64,000 nt of DNA from Hyaloraphidium curvatum SAG 235-1 (taxonomy: Eukaryota; Fungi; Monoblepharomycota), in NCBI GenBank assembly GCA_025558095.1, contig JAIVFI010000017.1:248001-312000 (forward strand), written 5' to 3'. Within the stretch, counting starts at the first letter, position 1. Every line of letters starts with the position of its first letter. This document shows positions 10,106 through 20,869 of this stretch, in pieces. Both the position numbers and the translations under genes were made by a program. The notes beneath the pieces are model-generated. The model made no database searches and was not told the origin of the DNA. It saw only the letters and a list, made by a program, of their open reading frames with translations.

Positions 10106-11772
10106 ATGAGCGGAACCGAGAAAACCCACGACGCCACCGCCGGAACCGATGCCGTCGCGCCCGGCGTCCCAGCTTCCTTTGCCTCACAGGCCGACTCGCG
10201 CGTCCCGGACGCCGACTTCACCCCCGAAGAATGGGTGTGCCTATTTCCCGCCGCGGCGCCGCCCTTCCGGCCTCTGCTGCCCGACGAGGAATCCGGGGAG
10301 GCGGGGCGCGATCCCTCCGAAGAGTTCCGAAAAGCGAACCCAGTGACGCTCGAAACCATGCTGGAAGAGTTTGACAACCCAGTGCTTCGCTTCTTTGCTT
10401 GTCTCGGCGCGTCTCGAAGTGCGAGCTTTTTGGGCTGGAGGATGGCTTGCCAGACGGGACTCGGGTTCTGCATGATGCTGGTCTTCCAGGGGCTGGCCTG
10501 GTCTTGGAACGATGGCCTCTTCGGGACGAAGCAGATGATAGCAGGTGTGACTTCCCTGACAGCGTTGGCTTTTGCCGCCGTTGGCACGTTCGTGCTCGTC
10601 GCGGTGAACATGCCCAAAGTGCCGAAGGTACTGGATTTTGCCGCGCCCGCGGTGCTCTGCAGATGGCTGCAGGTGGGCAAAAAGACAGAGCAAGAAGGAC
10701 AGAAGTCTGGCTCGACGCTTGAGGGAACCCAAAGCCTCCTCGCGCACGAAGAGGGCGACCGATTCTGTCCGTGCTCCAGCTGCATCGGCAACGTGCAGCA
10801 GCTTGCGGGTTTCATGACCTTCTTGGACATCACATTGAATTTCGTGCTCAACTTTCTTTTCACCTGGACCGCAGGATGGACCGCGTGGGTCACGTACGGC
10901 TCCAAGCTGTGGTCCACGTGGTGGGGTTGCGTTCTCGCGGCAATCGATGGTCAGGCAACCGCACGTCCTTCGCAGGGAGCATTTACTCTGACATATTTGC
11001 CTTCCTTCCGTTTGCAGTTTGTGCTGCTGTGGCCTACATAATGAACTCTGCCTGTCGCTTCGTTGGCATCGCCAACATTGCATACGCGAGGCTGGAAGCA
11101 AGACTCCACCACCGCGCCGTCGTCCTCTCCATGAGATCTATGCTGGAAACTGTGCTCAGCGGCCGTTCGGCTAGCCAGGCGCCGTGGCTGTACGTTCGAC
11201 AGCACCGCAACTTTGCAGCGTGGTGCAAGATCCGCGAGATTCAGGACCAGACCCTGCTCAGTAACTCCGTGTTTGTCATCCTGTTCCCCTTGGCCATCGT
11301 CGCTATCATAGTCAATGTTGTGAGTGAAAACTGGACGGGTGAGCGTGAAACGGGTGCTGACTCTGGTGCCATCCTGCAGGCCGTCGGGTCCTGCATCCCG
11401 GCGTGGCTTCTCTTTCTCACTTGTACCATCATGCTCTACATGCTGGTCAACGCCGTCAACCTCACCTCGCGCAACAACCTCATCTCCGTGGTCGCATCGG
11501 CGTACCACGACGGCCGCCGCGACCTCCGCACCGCGTGCCTCAAACTCGGCCCGACCCCGCTCGCTGCCTCGCTGGAGCAGCACGACCGGGTCATCGGTTC
11601 GTTCCTCGAGGTGTCGCGATACAGCGCCAAGATCCTGGGGTTCACCGTCTCGTACGGGGGCGTGCGGACGATGCTTGTGACGCTGGTCACCCTCATGGTG
11701 GCCTTGTGGAGCGTGTTCCGGTCGCTGGGGGTGTTCTTCACCATGGAGAGCTTCTGCCCGATTGTATCGTAG
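10106..11772 (+). CDS. 7-TM protein, putative gustatory-receptor-like / DUF3537-like 7TM ion channel (paralog B), introns 10950-11017 and 11320-11379
   Basis: Splicing joins ORFs 9959 and 10771 in frame. C-terminus YSAKILGFTVSYGGVRTMLVTLVTLMVALWSVFRSLGVFFTMESFCP. Removing the 60-nt intron gives IIVNV|AVGSCIPAW, matching LLNVVFCSCLPAM in paralog A. Confidence 0.7.
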
Positions 11773-12028
11773 GGTTCGGGCCTTGGAACGATAGTAGTAG
11801 AGCACGGGCTACCGTCCGATCGTGCGGCTTCCCTAATCGGCGACAAAGGACGCCGCCAACGGAGGAGGACCGCAATATCTACCAGGGCATGCAATTGTTG
11901 TCGCTCTCAAAACAGATCTGGCGTCCTCCGATCAGCGCTTCTGCTGCTAGAGGCGCTTGATTCGCGGCCGGCTCGCAAACAATCGACAACAGATCTGCAA
12001 CGTCAACATCGACTCTAATCGCCTCGCG

Positions 12029-13106
12029 ATGACCAAATCGCTGCTCGTCGTCGGCGGCACGGGCTTCCTCGGCTCGCGCATCTGCCGCGAGGCGGCGCTC
12101 CGCGGCCTGCGCGTCGCGTCGCTGTCGCGGCGCGCTCCGAGTCCCGCGCTGCTCTCGCACGCGTGGGCGCGGTCGGTGGACTGGAGGACGGGCGACGTGC
12201 TGCGCGGGGACGCCGACAGCGCGGCGGCGTTCGACGGGCGCGACGCGGCGGTGCACTGCGTCGGGCAGCTGCTGAGCGACGCGGCGTACAAGGACGCCCT
12301 GCAGGCTGGCGATCCGGCGGCGCTGGCACGTGCCGCGGCGGGCGCAGTGGGGGGCTCGCTCGCGGGCGCGGCAAAGTCGGTCGCGGGACTGGCGATGGCG
12401 GTCGCGGGAGGGCTGGCGGAGGCTGCAAAAGGGAGGCCGGCCTTCGCCGCGGGAGGCTACGGGGCAGGATCGGGGACGGGCTTCGGCAGCGGCTTCGGTG
12501 GAGTTTTCTCCAGCTCCGCATCATCCGCCTCGTCTTCGGCATCGATATACACCGCAAACCGGGACTCTGCTCTGGCGGCCGCGTCGGCAGCCGCAACCGC
12601 CAAAGTGCCGCAGTTCGTGTTTGTGAGCGCTGCGGATCCGCTGCCGTTCCGGACGGACTACGCCGACGCAAAGCGGCAAGCAGAACGGCTGCTGCTGGAT
12701 CCCGCAGCGTTTACGTTCGAGACGGTGGTTCTGCGGCCAGGTGGGGGCTAACTTGGGCCATCATTCCTGGGCTGCAAAGCTGACGTGTCCTGCCGTTCCC
12801 TCACCGCGATCTCCAATTCCGTGTTTGCCTCGCTGTATTCGCTTCTTCTCCCTTCACCTCTATTCTCATCCAGGCCTCATGTACTCGGACTCCCGCCCCC
12901 CGACCCTGCCCATCGCCGCCGCCCTCTCCGTCCTCTCCTCCCTCTCCACCCCGCTCCGCGCGCTGATCCCCCGCGCCGCCGATTTCCCGCTGCCCGCAAA
13001 ACCGCTGCACGTGGACGTGGTCGCGCGGGCGGTGGTGGAGCTCGTCGTGCAGGGCGGCGGGAGCGGGATCAGGAACGCGGACGAGATCGAGGAGCTGGGA
13101 GAGTAG
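12029..13106 (+). CDS. COQ11: Atypical SDR / NAD(P)-binding protein, Coq11/NDUFA9-like, intron 12741-12873
   Basis: LLVVGGTGFLGSRICREA Rossmann motif, VHCVG, FVFVSAA, Y...KRQAE, VVLRP|GLMY, PLHVDVVARAVV. Confidence 0.72.
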
Positions 13107-13335
13107 CGGGGTTGCGGACACGGGCGGAGCGGCGGATCGTGCGCATGGAATTCAGCGCTTTCTTTTGCGCTGGCATAGAACGTTGGCTGACCGAGCTATG
13201 TTGCGTTCAAGACTCCGGTGTTGCCATCTCTGTTTGGCCCAAACACAAGCTCGGCCCGACCCCTGTTGACGCTTACAACGTCCCTCCGCCGCCGCATCGC
13301 GCCTTCCCTTCCGTGCAGACCGCGTCCGAATAGCG

Positions 13336-14035
13336 ATGCACTTCAACCCAAACTCGCCCCGGCGCCAACAGCGCCCGCCGGCGGCGCGCGACGCCGGGAA
13401 CCCGCGGCAGCCGGCGAGCGCCGCGGCGCAGTTCAAATCGAAGGTGGGCCCCGTCCCGTCCCCGGAAACCGACCCTTGCCGACCTTTGCCGCCTCCCGGA
13501 ACCCCGATCCCCCGCCTGCCACCCCCCTGGACCCGCGCCGGACCCTCGCCCCGGATCCCTAACGCACCCCTCCGCCGGGCCCCGCAGGTCGTCTGCGACC
13601 TCTCCTGCTCCTCCTGCTCCCTGCACATCTGCCGCCGCGGCATGCGCGCCGTGCTCCTGGGGGACCACCGCGTCGAGCTCTACTCCACGGACCTGCCGCC
13701 TGCGCAGGCGGTGCAGGTCGGCGGGTGCTACCGGACGCGGTCGTGCGAGTGCCGCGTGGGGGACGTGGCGTGCACGAGGTGTGGGGGGGTGATCGGGTAC
13801 CATGTCACGGCGCCGTGCTCGAGGTGCTTGGAGGGAAGCAACAACGGACACTTTTGGTGGGTGCCTCGGCTGCTTGCTGGGGTTCGTTCCTGACGAGCGG
13901 GATAGGATGTTTCTGCCCGATGCCGTGCGGGGAACCGAGCGGCTGGACGCGAGCGGGAGGAGGTTCTTGGTTTGGAGCGAGCTGGGCGATGCCGAGGAGG
14001 ACGAGCCGGCCCAGGCGGAAATCGTGTGCCGGTGA
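13336..14035 (+). CDS. FAM72: FAM72 family protein, introns 13444-13587 and 13857-13905
   Basis: C-x2-C...RGMRAVLLGD...ELYSTDLPP...CECRVGDVACTRCGGVIGYHVTAPCSRCL...NNGHFW|MF matches the FAM72 signature. Confidence 0.88.
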
Positions 14036-14405
14036 TCCCTGCGGCCCGGGGATGTTTGGGACAGGACTGCGAACCGACTATTCTCGCGTCTTGAGACGCA
14101 CACGGTGGCGCTTTTGAGCGTCGGGAGTTTTTCGGAGGGGAGGAATCAAGGAGGCGCGAGGGCATGGACATCGCTGGAGGAATCGCAGCGGTGGAGGATG
14201 GTAGGCACTGTCGCGGACCTCCGTGCCGCTATCACCACTGCCTGTACTTGCTAGACGTTGATTGATCTATCGCCTCTGCCGCCATTCCTGCCCCCGTCCA
14301 CGCGCTACACAGCAAAGCCGCATCAGAGGCCGTGGCCCCTGGCCGTGCGCAAGAGTCCACACCCCTCCTCGTCGACCTAACCTCACGAAAGCGCCGCTAT
14401 CTGCA

Positions 14406-15008
14406 CTAGTCCCGCTTGTCCTTGGCCGGCTCAGACGACGCGCCAATAAAGTCTTCGAGCGAGCCCCGGATGGTCTCGGAGGACAATCCAGGGATCAGTG
14501 GCGCCCTTTCCACATCCCCTTCGGCCTGCCCCTCGACATCTTGCGAGTCCCCACCTTGCACTGTGGGAATCCAGCAAACGTCCAGCCCCGGAGGCGCCTC
14601 CACCGTATCCCCGCGCAGGTAGAGCCGCCATCCCTCAGCACTAAGCACGTCCGTGGTGTCCCAAAACCCCAGGTTCCCAAAATTGAGCCTGCCGACGATG
14701 TATGCGCCGGCCGCAAGCTTCTCGGGCAGTGGCTTTTTTCGGTCCCACAGAGGATCCCCTTGAATGGCCGCCCGCACCTCGTCGTCCCCCGGGGCCCGGC
14801 CGGGGTCGGCGCACCACCAAAGGTCGATACACGAGCGTCCGCGCGGAGTCAACTCAAGAGCATCGGCGACTGCTTCGTGGAGGGCGCGGAGGTGCGGCGC
14901 GCGGGCGAGCGGGATGTGAATCCAGAAGGCGCGGGGGAGCAACCGCACAAAGAGGCCAGGGGTCGAGAGCCATTTGGCGGGGGGCTGCGCGGACTTGTAC
15001 ATTGGCAT
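14406..15008 (-). CDS. Hypothetical (orphan) protein, 200 aa
   Basis: Intact ATG-initiated ORF with globular composition. Coding status is supported by a degenerate paralog at about 15995-16660. Confidence 0.6.
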   Translation of the reverse strand: MPMYKSAQPPAKWLSTPGLFVRLLPRAFWIHIPLARAPHLRALHEAVADALELTPRGRSCIDLWWCADPGRAPGDDEVRAAIQGDPLWDRKKPLPEKLAAGAYIVGRLNFGNLGFWDTTDVLSAEGWRLYLRGDTVEAPPGLDVCWIPTVQGGDSQDVEGQAEGDVERAPLIPGLSSETIRGSLEDFIGASSEPAKDKRD

Positions 15009-15114
15009 GGCGGGGTCCGCAATATGCTGGCGTGCTGCCGTCCGGCGGTTCTGTCTTTTGCTGGTGTTCTCGCGGCCGCTGGGGGAAGAGGGCGACGTGG
15101 CCTTTTCGTCTCCG

Positions 15115-15883
15115 ATGGCTTCCGCTTCCCTGCCCCCAGCTCACGACGAAAATGTTATCTCGCCGACGACGCCGCAGCCGTCCGTGCCATTGCTTGCGCT
15201 TGGCGCCAGCGCGGCAACTGGAGGCGGCGGCACCGCAGCTCAGAGCATTGAGCCCGCTCAAGAAGCGCCAAGAGCGCCCTCTATCGAAGTGCACTGGGTC
15301 AATCTTGGGAAGCTTGTAGATCGGACTATTGCTCTGGGACGCGGACCATCTCATGGAGCGGATTTGTACCGACGCTTCGCTGCTGAGGCAAAAATCTTCT
15401 TCGGTGCTGGGAAAGTCACCCTGTTCGTTCTGCCGGCCAACAGTCTGGAGTTGCCGGAGGGGAAGTTTGCCTATGAGGCAAAGGACGGAGGAAAGCTGCT
15501 AGCTGCCTTCGCCAAGGGCAGAGGAACGCTTCTCTTGTGGTCCGATTACATGGACACCGACCTGATTGCGGACAAGGTCGTCGTGGCCCAAATTGGTCTC
15601 ATATCATATCTTTGGAACTGTTGTGGGCTTTTGCTTACGTTGCTCTGGTCATTTTGTATCTCACTCCGCCCCATGAGACGATGCAGCAACGCTGCACTTC
15701 AAGAGAGATGAAATCCTGAAGATGACGTACAACTTCCTCCTCTTTGCGGGCTTTTTCGGCGCGCTGATCCGGATCATCGTGGTGGGGGACATTGTGGGCT
15801 TGATCGTGTCTGGTTCCATCTTTGCTGGATTCTTCGTCATCCGTGTTCTGTACTCCTTGTGGCAGTACTACCACTTGCCGTAG
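15115..15883 (+). CDS. Hypothetical membrane protein, possibly frameshifted or degenerate
   Basis: ORF from ATG 15115. Hydrophobic C-terminal segments (...YNFLLFAGFFGALIRIIVVG...YHLP*) lie in a different frame, and no convincing intron joins them. Confidence 0.35.
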
Positions 15884-15994
15884 ATCCCTCGTGGGAGATG
15901 ACGATGGTCCCTCTAGTCCTCATGCGGATCGAAAGGCGAGCCAGCAGGCCCAGGAGGTCCTCGAGCAGGCCGCCGTTGCTTTCCCAGGACGGTT

Positions 15995-16660
15995 TCAGGA
16001 AGCAGCCACGCCCTTTCCCCTCATCCCCTCGTCCTCGGCCGGGTCCTCCTCCTCCCACGGATCACCGTCCTCGGCGGGAATCCAGACGTCGTCCAGGTAC
16101 AGTGGGAGCTCTGCCGTGCCCCCGTGAAGGTGCAACTTCCATCCTGCAACCGAGAAAAGAGGTAATTGGACTTCCAGATGCTGTAATAGTCGACCAGGTT
16201 GACCCGGTCAAAACCTTCTGTTTCCTACTCCGCAGATGTGCCACCGCCGTCCATACGGTCGTATAGCACCGCCACGTGCTTCCGCACGGACAAGCTGCTC
16301 CTGCGCCTAAGGATACCAGGCCTGCTTGAGTCTCAAGGACGACTCTCCGAGAGCGATACATCCATGCAGAGCCTCCTCTCTTGGGCTTACGGGCTGAAGG
16401 ACTCTTCGCCGACGAAGTTAGACGACCTCGCGAAAGTGGCGGCCGCGGAAACAAACGATGGGGCGATCGGTTTCAGAGATGATCTCGCAAGCTTCCTGAG
16501 AAGCTCATTGAATCGAGTGACACTTCCGATGGCGATTTCGTGCTGCTTGCCGCCCGCCATGCGGTGCTGCGCGTTGAAATGGCCGAAAAACTCGAGAACC
16601 ACTCGGACTCGGATCGGTTCGAGAAGCTTGCGAGAGACCTCACAGCCTTGGATGGGAACG
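15995..16660 (-). pseudogene. Decayed paralog of the orphan gene at 14406-15008
   Basis: Colinear motifs in different frames: ERRLCMDV vs RGRSCIDL; VRAEARG/VLYDR vs VRAAIQGDPLWDR; WKSNYLF/SVAGWKLHLHGGTAELPLYLDDVWIP vs WDTTDVLSAEGWRLYLRGDTVEAPPGLDVCWIP. In-frame TAG at 16225-16227 and a frameshift at the A-run 16155-16158. Confidence 0.65.
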
Positions 16661-17145
16661 CTTCTGCCGCCATGCGCACGGCCAGGATCACAGTCATGCC
16701 GCAGCAGAGTGAGTAGATGAAGCGGGACGCTTCCGCAGCTGTGAGGAGAGCTGCTGAGGCGACGCAGGCTCTTCAGCGGGCGCGTAAAGGTGCTCAAGGC
16801 GACATTAAGGCTGAGAAAGGCGACGACCGTTCCACGCGGTTGATGGAGCCGGACCTTCTGAGGCGTCGAAGCGGCAGCGGACGGAGTAGCGCGAGGAGAC
16901 CACGGATCGTTGAAGCTCTGTACGAGCAGCTCGACTTGGAATGAAAACATCTTCTCACAGTCTCGATCTTCCTGTTTTCCGATCTCTCCTTCAGCTTTTC
17001 GTGACACTCGGTTTGGTGTGACGGCAACCGTCCAACTTCGCTGGGGACCACAAAGCACCCAGACTGGAACACAAATCCTACCGCAGACATGCAAATGAAG
17101 ACCCAAGAGCCCTTTGCGCTGTCGTTAACCAGCCGATCGCGAGGC

Positions 17146-18367
17146 ATGCGGCGCCCCGTGGTTCGCTTCGTTGCCGCGATCATCGCCCTCGCTTTCATTC
17201 CCCTGCTCCTCCGGACACGTGGCCCAACCGATCGGCCCTTTCTCGAGCTCAAGTCCACCACCGGCGTTATCTCGTCGCCCGTCGACGAACACATTAGTTT
17301 TCTTGCCCCGACCCCGCTCGTGGTCTCGATGGCCCGCGAGAGGCTGCTTTTGACCATGAAGGCAGCGCTCGCTGGTGTCAGCAAGGTCGCCCTTGTCGGC
17401 ATTCCACTGCACGGCAACAAAGGAGACTCGGCTATCACAGCGGGGGAGCTGGAAGTGCTGAAGCAGCTTGGGATCAGCGTGGTTTACTTCGGGGTTGAAC
17501 ACGACGAAGCGGAGAAGCAAGCCACCGAGATTGAGGAAGCTCTGCCTCCAGGACCTTCCTCCGGTGAGTCCTGCCATGTTCGCATGACTTGACCGCACTG
17601 ACGACTGTGTGATTGCAGCTGTGCTGTACCACGGAGGCGGAAACTTCGGCTCGATCTGGAAGAACGAGCACGGCTTCCGGCTCTTCCTCGTGCGACGCCT
17701 CCTGCACCGCCGGATTGTGCTGCTCCCCCAAACCATCCTTTTTTCCGGCTCGGATCGCCTGCTGCAGGAGACTGTCGATACCTATGCTCTTGCGAAAGAC
17801 CTCACGATCATGGCACGGGACCCCCGATCTTTCGACATCCTCGCACATCGGTTTGCACAGCACAAGATCTTCCATTGCCCGGACTCGGCTCTCGCTCTCG
17901 GACCCAAGAACTCATCGCTGGTGCTGGAGGCGGCCGGAATGGTCCAGGACATCGACATTCTCTACCTACTGCGTGTCGACCACGAGTCCCGATCGCGCGA
18001 CTGGAGCGCCGATACCCTCCGCGCGAGGCATCCGGGCCTCAAAGTGGAGGTCGCGGACTGGCTTTTCTACGGGGAACCCGTCAAGGACCCGGACCCGATC
18101 GCCGCCAACCTCCGCCGCACGGAGCTCGGCCTACGCTTCCTTGCGCGCGCCAGGGTCGCCGTCCTGGACCGCCTCCACGGGCACATTCTCGCCAGCATCT
18201 TGGACGTGCCACACGCCATCATCGACAACTCTTACGGCAAGCTCACTGGGTTCCACGGGGCGTGGACGTTGGGCGCAGACAATGTTGTGGTGGTGGCGGA
18301 CGTGGACGAGGCGTCCGATGCGGCGGAGCGGCTGCTCGTCGAGGCGCCGGCTGGGAGGGTTCAATAG
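17146..18367 (+). CDS. pvg1: Polysaccharide pyruvyltransferase, Pvg1/EpsO-like, type II membrane, intron 17564-17618
   Basis: N-terminal TM; HGNKGDSAI, HGGGNFGSIW, LPQTI, ARDPRS, CPDSALALG and DRLHGHIL...DNSYGKL motifs. An alternative ATG lies at 17089. Confidence 0.85.
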
Positions 18368-18408
18368 TGCTCTAGTACGAGTGCCGTGCCCGATAGATTA
18401 CCGCCTGC

Positions 18409-20793
18409 CTACTTCTTCTCCTCGCCCCCTCCGCGCTGCGCCAGCGAGATGAACACCTCGGGCTTGACCGAGATGTTGCCCGCCAGCGCCTTCATCCGCT
18501 TCTTGCCCTCCTTCTGCTTCTCCAGGAGCTTCATCTTGCGCGTCACGTCGCCGCCGTAGAGCTTCGCAAGGACGTTCTTGCGGTACGGCCGAATGCTGGG
18601 CCGGGCAAGGATCAGCGTCGATCGAGGCGGCGACGCGGCGGGGCCCACGTCTCCCTGGCAATGATCTTGCCGCCGACCGCAGCCTGGATCACGATCTCGG
18701 CGAGCTGCCGCTCGATCAGCTTGCCCAGCTTCCTGACCATGTCCTTGGCCACGCGCTCGGAGAAAGACCGGTGCAGGACCACCGAGAGCACGTCGACGGG
18801 GTTGCCGTTCAGGAGGATGTTGATCTGCAATGGGCAGTGGATCAGGAACCGCTCATCGGCGGAGGACGGCAGCCCACCTTGACGAGGTCGGCCGACCGGT
18901 ACCCCATCTGCTCGTAGTCGAACGACGCGTACCCCGACGACAGGCTCTTGAGCCGGTCGAAAAAGTCCGTCATGACCTCGTTCATGGGCAGCACCTGCTT
19001 CATGATGATCCTCCGCTCGTCCAGGTACGAGTAGTCCCGCAGCTCGCCCCTGTGGTCTCCGCACAGGGACATCATCGCGCCGAGCTGCTCGGCGGGGAAC
19101 ACGAGGGTGGCGAGGATCATGGGCTCGCGGATGTCCTCGACCTTGTTCATCTCGCTGGCGTCAGGGAAGCCCAGGGGGGTATCGAGGAGCTTGGTGGTGC
19201 CGTCGCGGTAGATGACTGGGCACGAAGCGTCAGAAGGAAGGCGCGACGCGTGTACGAGGGGGCGGACCTTGGTAGGAGACGGTCGGGGTGGTGAGGATCA
19301 CCTCGGCCGAATACTCGGCCTCCAGCCGCTGCCTGAAGACGTCCATGTGCAAGGTGCCCAAGAACCCGAGTCGGTACCCCTGCCCCAGCGCCACCGACGT
19401 CTCTTTCTTCACCGTCACGCTCGCGTCGGTCAGCATCAGCCTCTCCAGCGACTCGGACAGCTTCGGCAGCTCCGACGGGTCGATCGGGTACAGCCCCGCG
19501 AACAGCATGGGTTTGGCGGGGCGGAAGCCGGGCAGCGGTTCGACGGGCGCGCCAAGGTGGTGGAAAGTGTCGCCAACCTGGGATTCAGCGGTGGACTTCA
19601 TCCCCAGGACGACGTAGCCGATCTGCCCCGCGTACCTGCGGCGCACGTCAGCCCAAATGCAGATAACCAGGCCGCAGAACGAGGAACCCACAGAGCTTCC
19701 GCGGGCACCCGGTCGGGGCTCAGGATCCCGATCTGCAGCACCTCGTACCGCTCCCCCGTCCCCGCGCTCTGCACCCTGTCCCCCTTGCGGAGCACGCCGT
19801 CGACCAAGGCCAGCAGGCACACGACGCCCAGGTACGTGTCGTAGGAGCTGTCGAACAGCAGCGCGCGGAGGGGGCGGTCGCGGCTGCCCGCGGGGCCGGG
19901 CACGTCCCGGATGATCCGGGGGAGAATGGATCCGACGTTCAGGCCGGTCTTGGCCGACACGCGCAGGGATTCGTCCCGCTCGAGGTCGAACAGGTTCTGC
20001 AGCTGCCCCGCGACGGCGTCCGGGTCCGCCGTCGCCACGTCCACCTTGTTAAGCACGGGCACCACCCTGAGCCCCTCGGTGAAAGCCAGCCAAAAGTTGG
20101 CGACCGTCTGGGCTTCCACGCCCTGCGCGGCGTCGACGAGGAGCAGCGCGCCCTGGCACGCGGCAAGGCTGCGGCTGACCTCGTAGGAAAAGTCTACGTG
20201 GCCGGGGCAGTCGACCAGGTTCAGGAGGTAGTCTTCGCCCCCGTGGCGGTAGAACATGGAGACGGTCTGGGCTTTGATCGTGATGCCCCGTTTCCGCTCG
20301 ACCTCGAGCTTATCGAGCACCTGGAAGTTCTTGCCGGTGGCGGGGATCTGGATGGACGCCGGTCAGGGAGGGAACCCGGGGGGATGGGCTAAACCAACGG
20401 TGCCCGTCAATTCAAGCAGCCGATCTGCGTGGGATCCGCGTTAGCTGCAGTACGGTGCGCGAGAAGGATGTGGCGCACCTGCCAGCGTGCTCTTGCCGTG
20501 GTCGATGTGCGCTGGACGGTCCCATTGAGCAAACGGACCTCGACGGCCCCCTCCTTGGCCCTCCTACCGATGATGGAAAAGTTGCGTATCCGCTCCGGGG
20601 GAAAGTCGCCCAGGTTTCGGTCCGCAGCGGCCGTGGCGGCCTTCGATCCGCCGGCGGCGCGCCTGGGCGTCGTCGCGCCAAATGTCCGCAAGGAGCCCCT
20701 GGGGGCGCGAACGAAGTCCGGCCTGGCATTGATCGGCTCGAAACACGAGTGCCAGGCCCTGGAGCGGCGGCTGAAGGTCGAAAAGACCCGCAT
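18409..20793 (-). CDS. GUF1: Mitochondrial translation factor GUF1 (EF-4/LepA), multi-exon
   Basis: RIRNFSII|[11 protein letters not shown]|[59 protein letters not shown]. Presequence-like N-terminus. Confidence 0.95.
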
Positions 20794-20869
20794 TCGCGGG
20801 CTCCAAGTGGACGGTTCACTGGCGACTGAAACAACAAACACACAAACCACCAACCGGCAGACGGCCAGG
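20794..20869. promoter_or_regulatory. Putative bidirectional promoter GUF1/DIP2
   Basis: 76 bp between the divergent ATGs, with an AC-rich tract (aaacaacaaacacacaaaccaccaacc). Confidence 0.5.
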
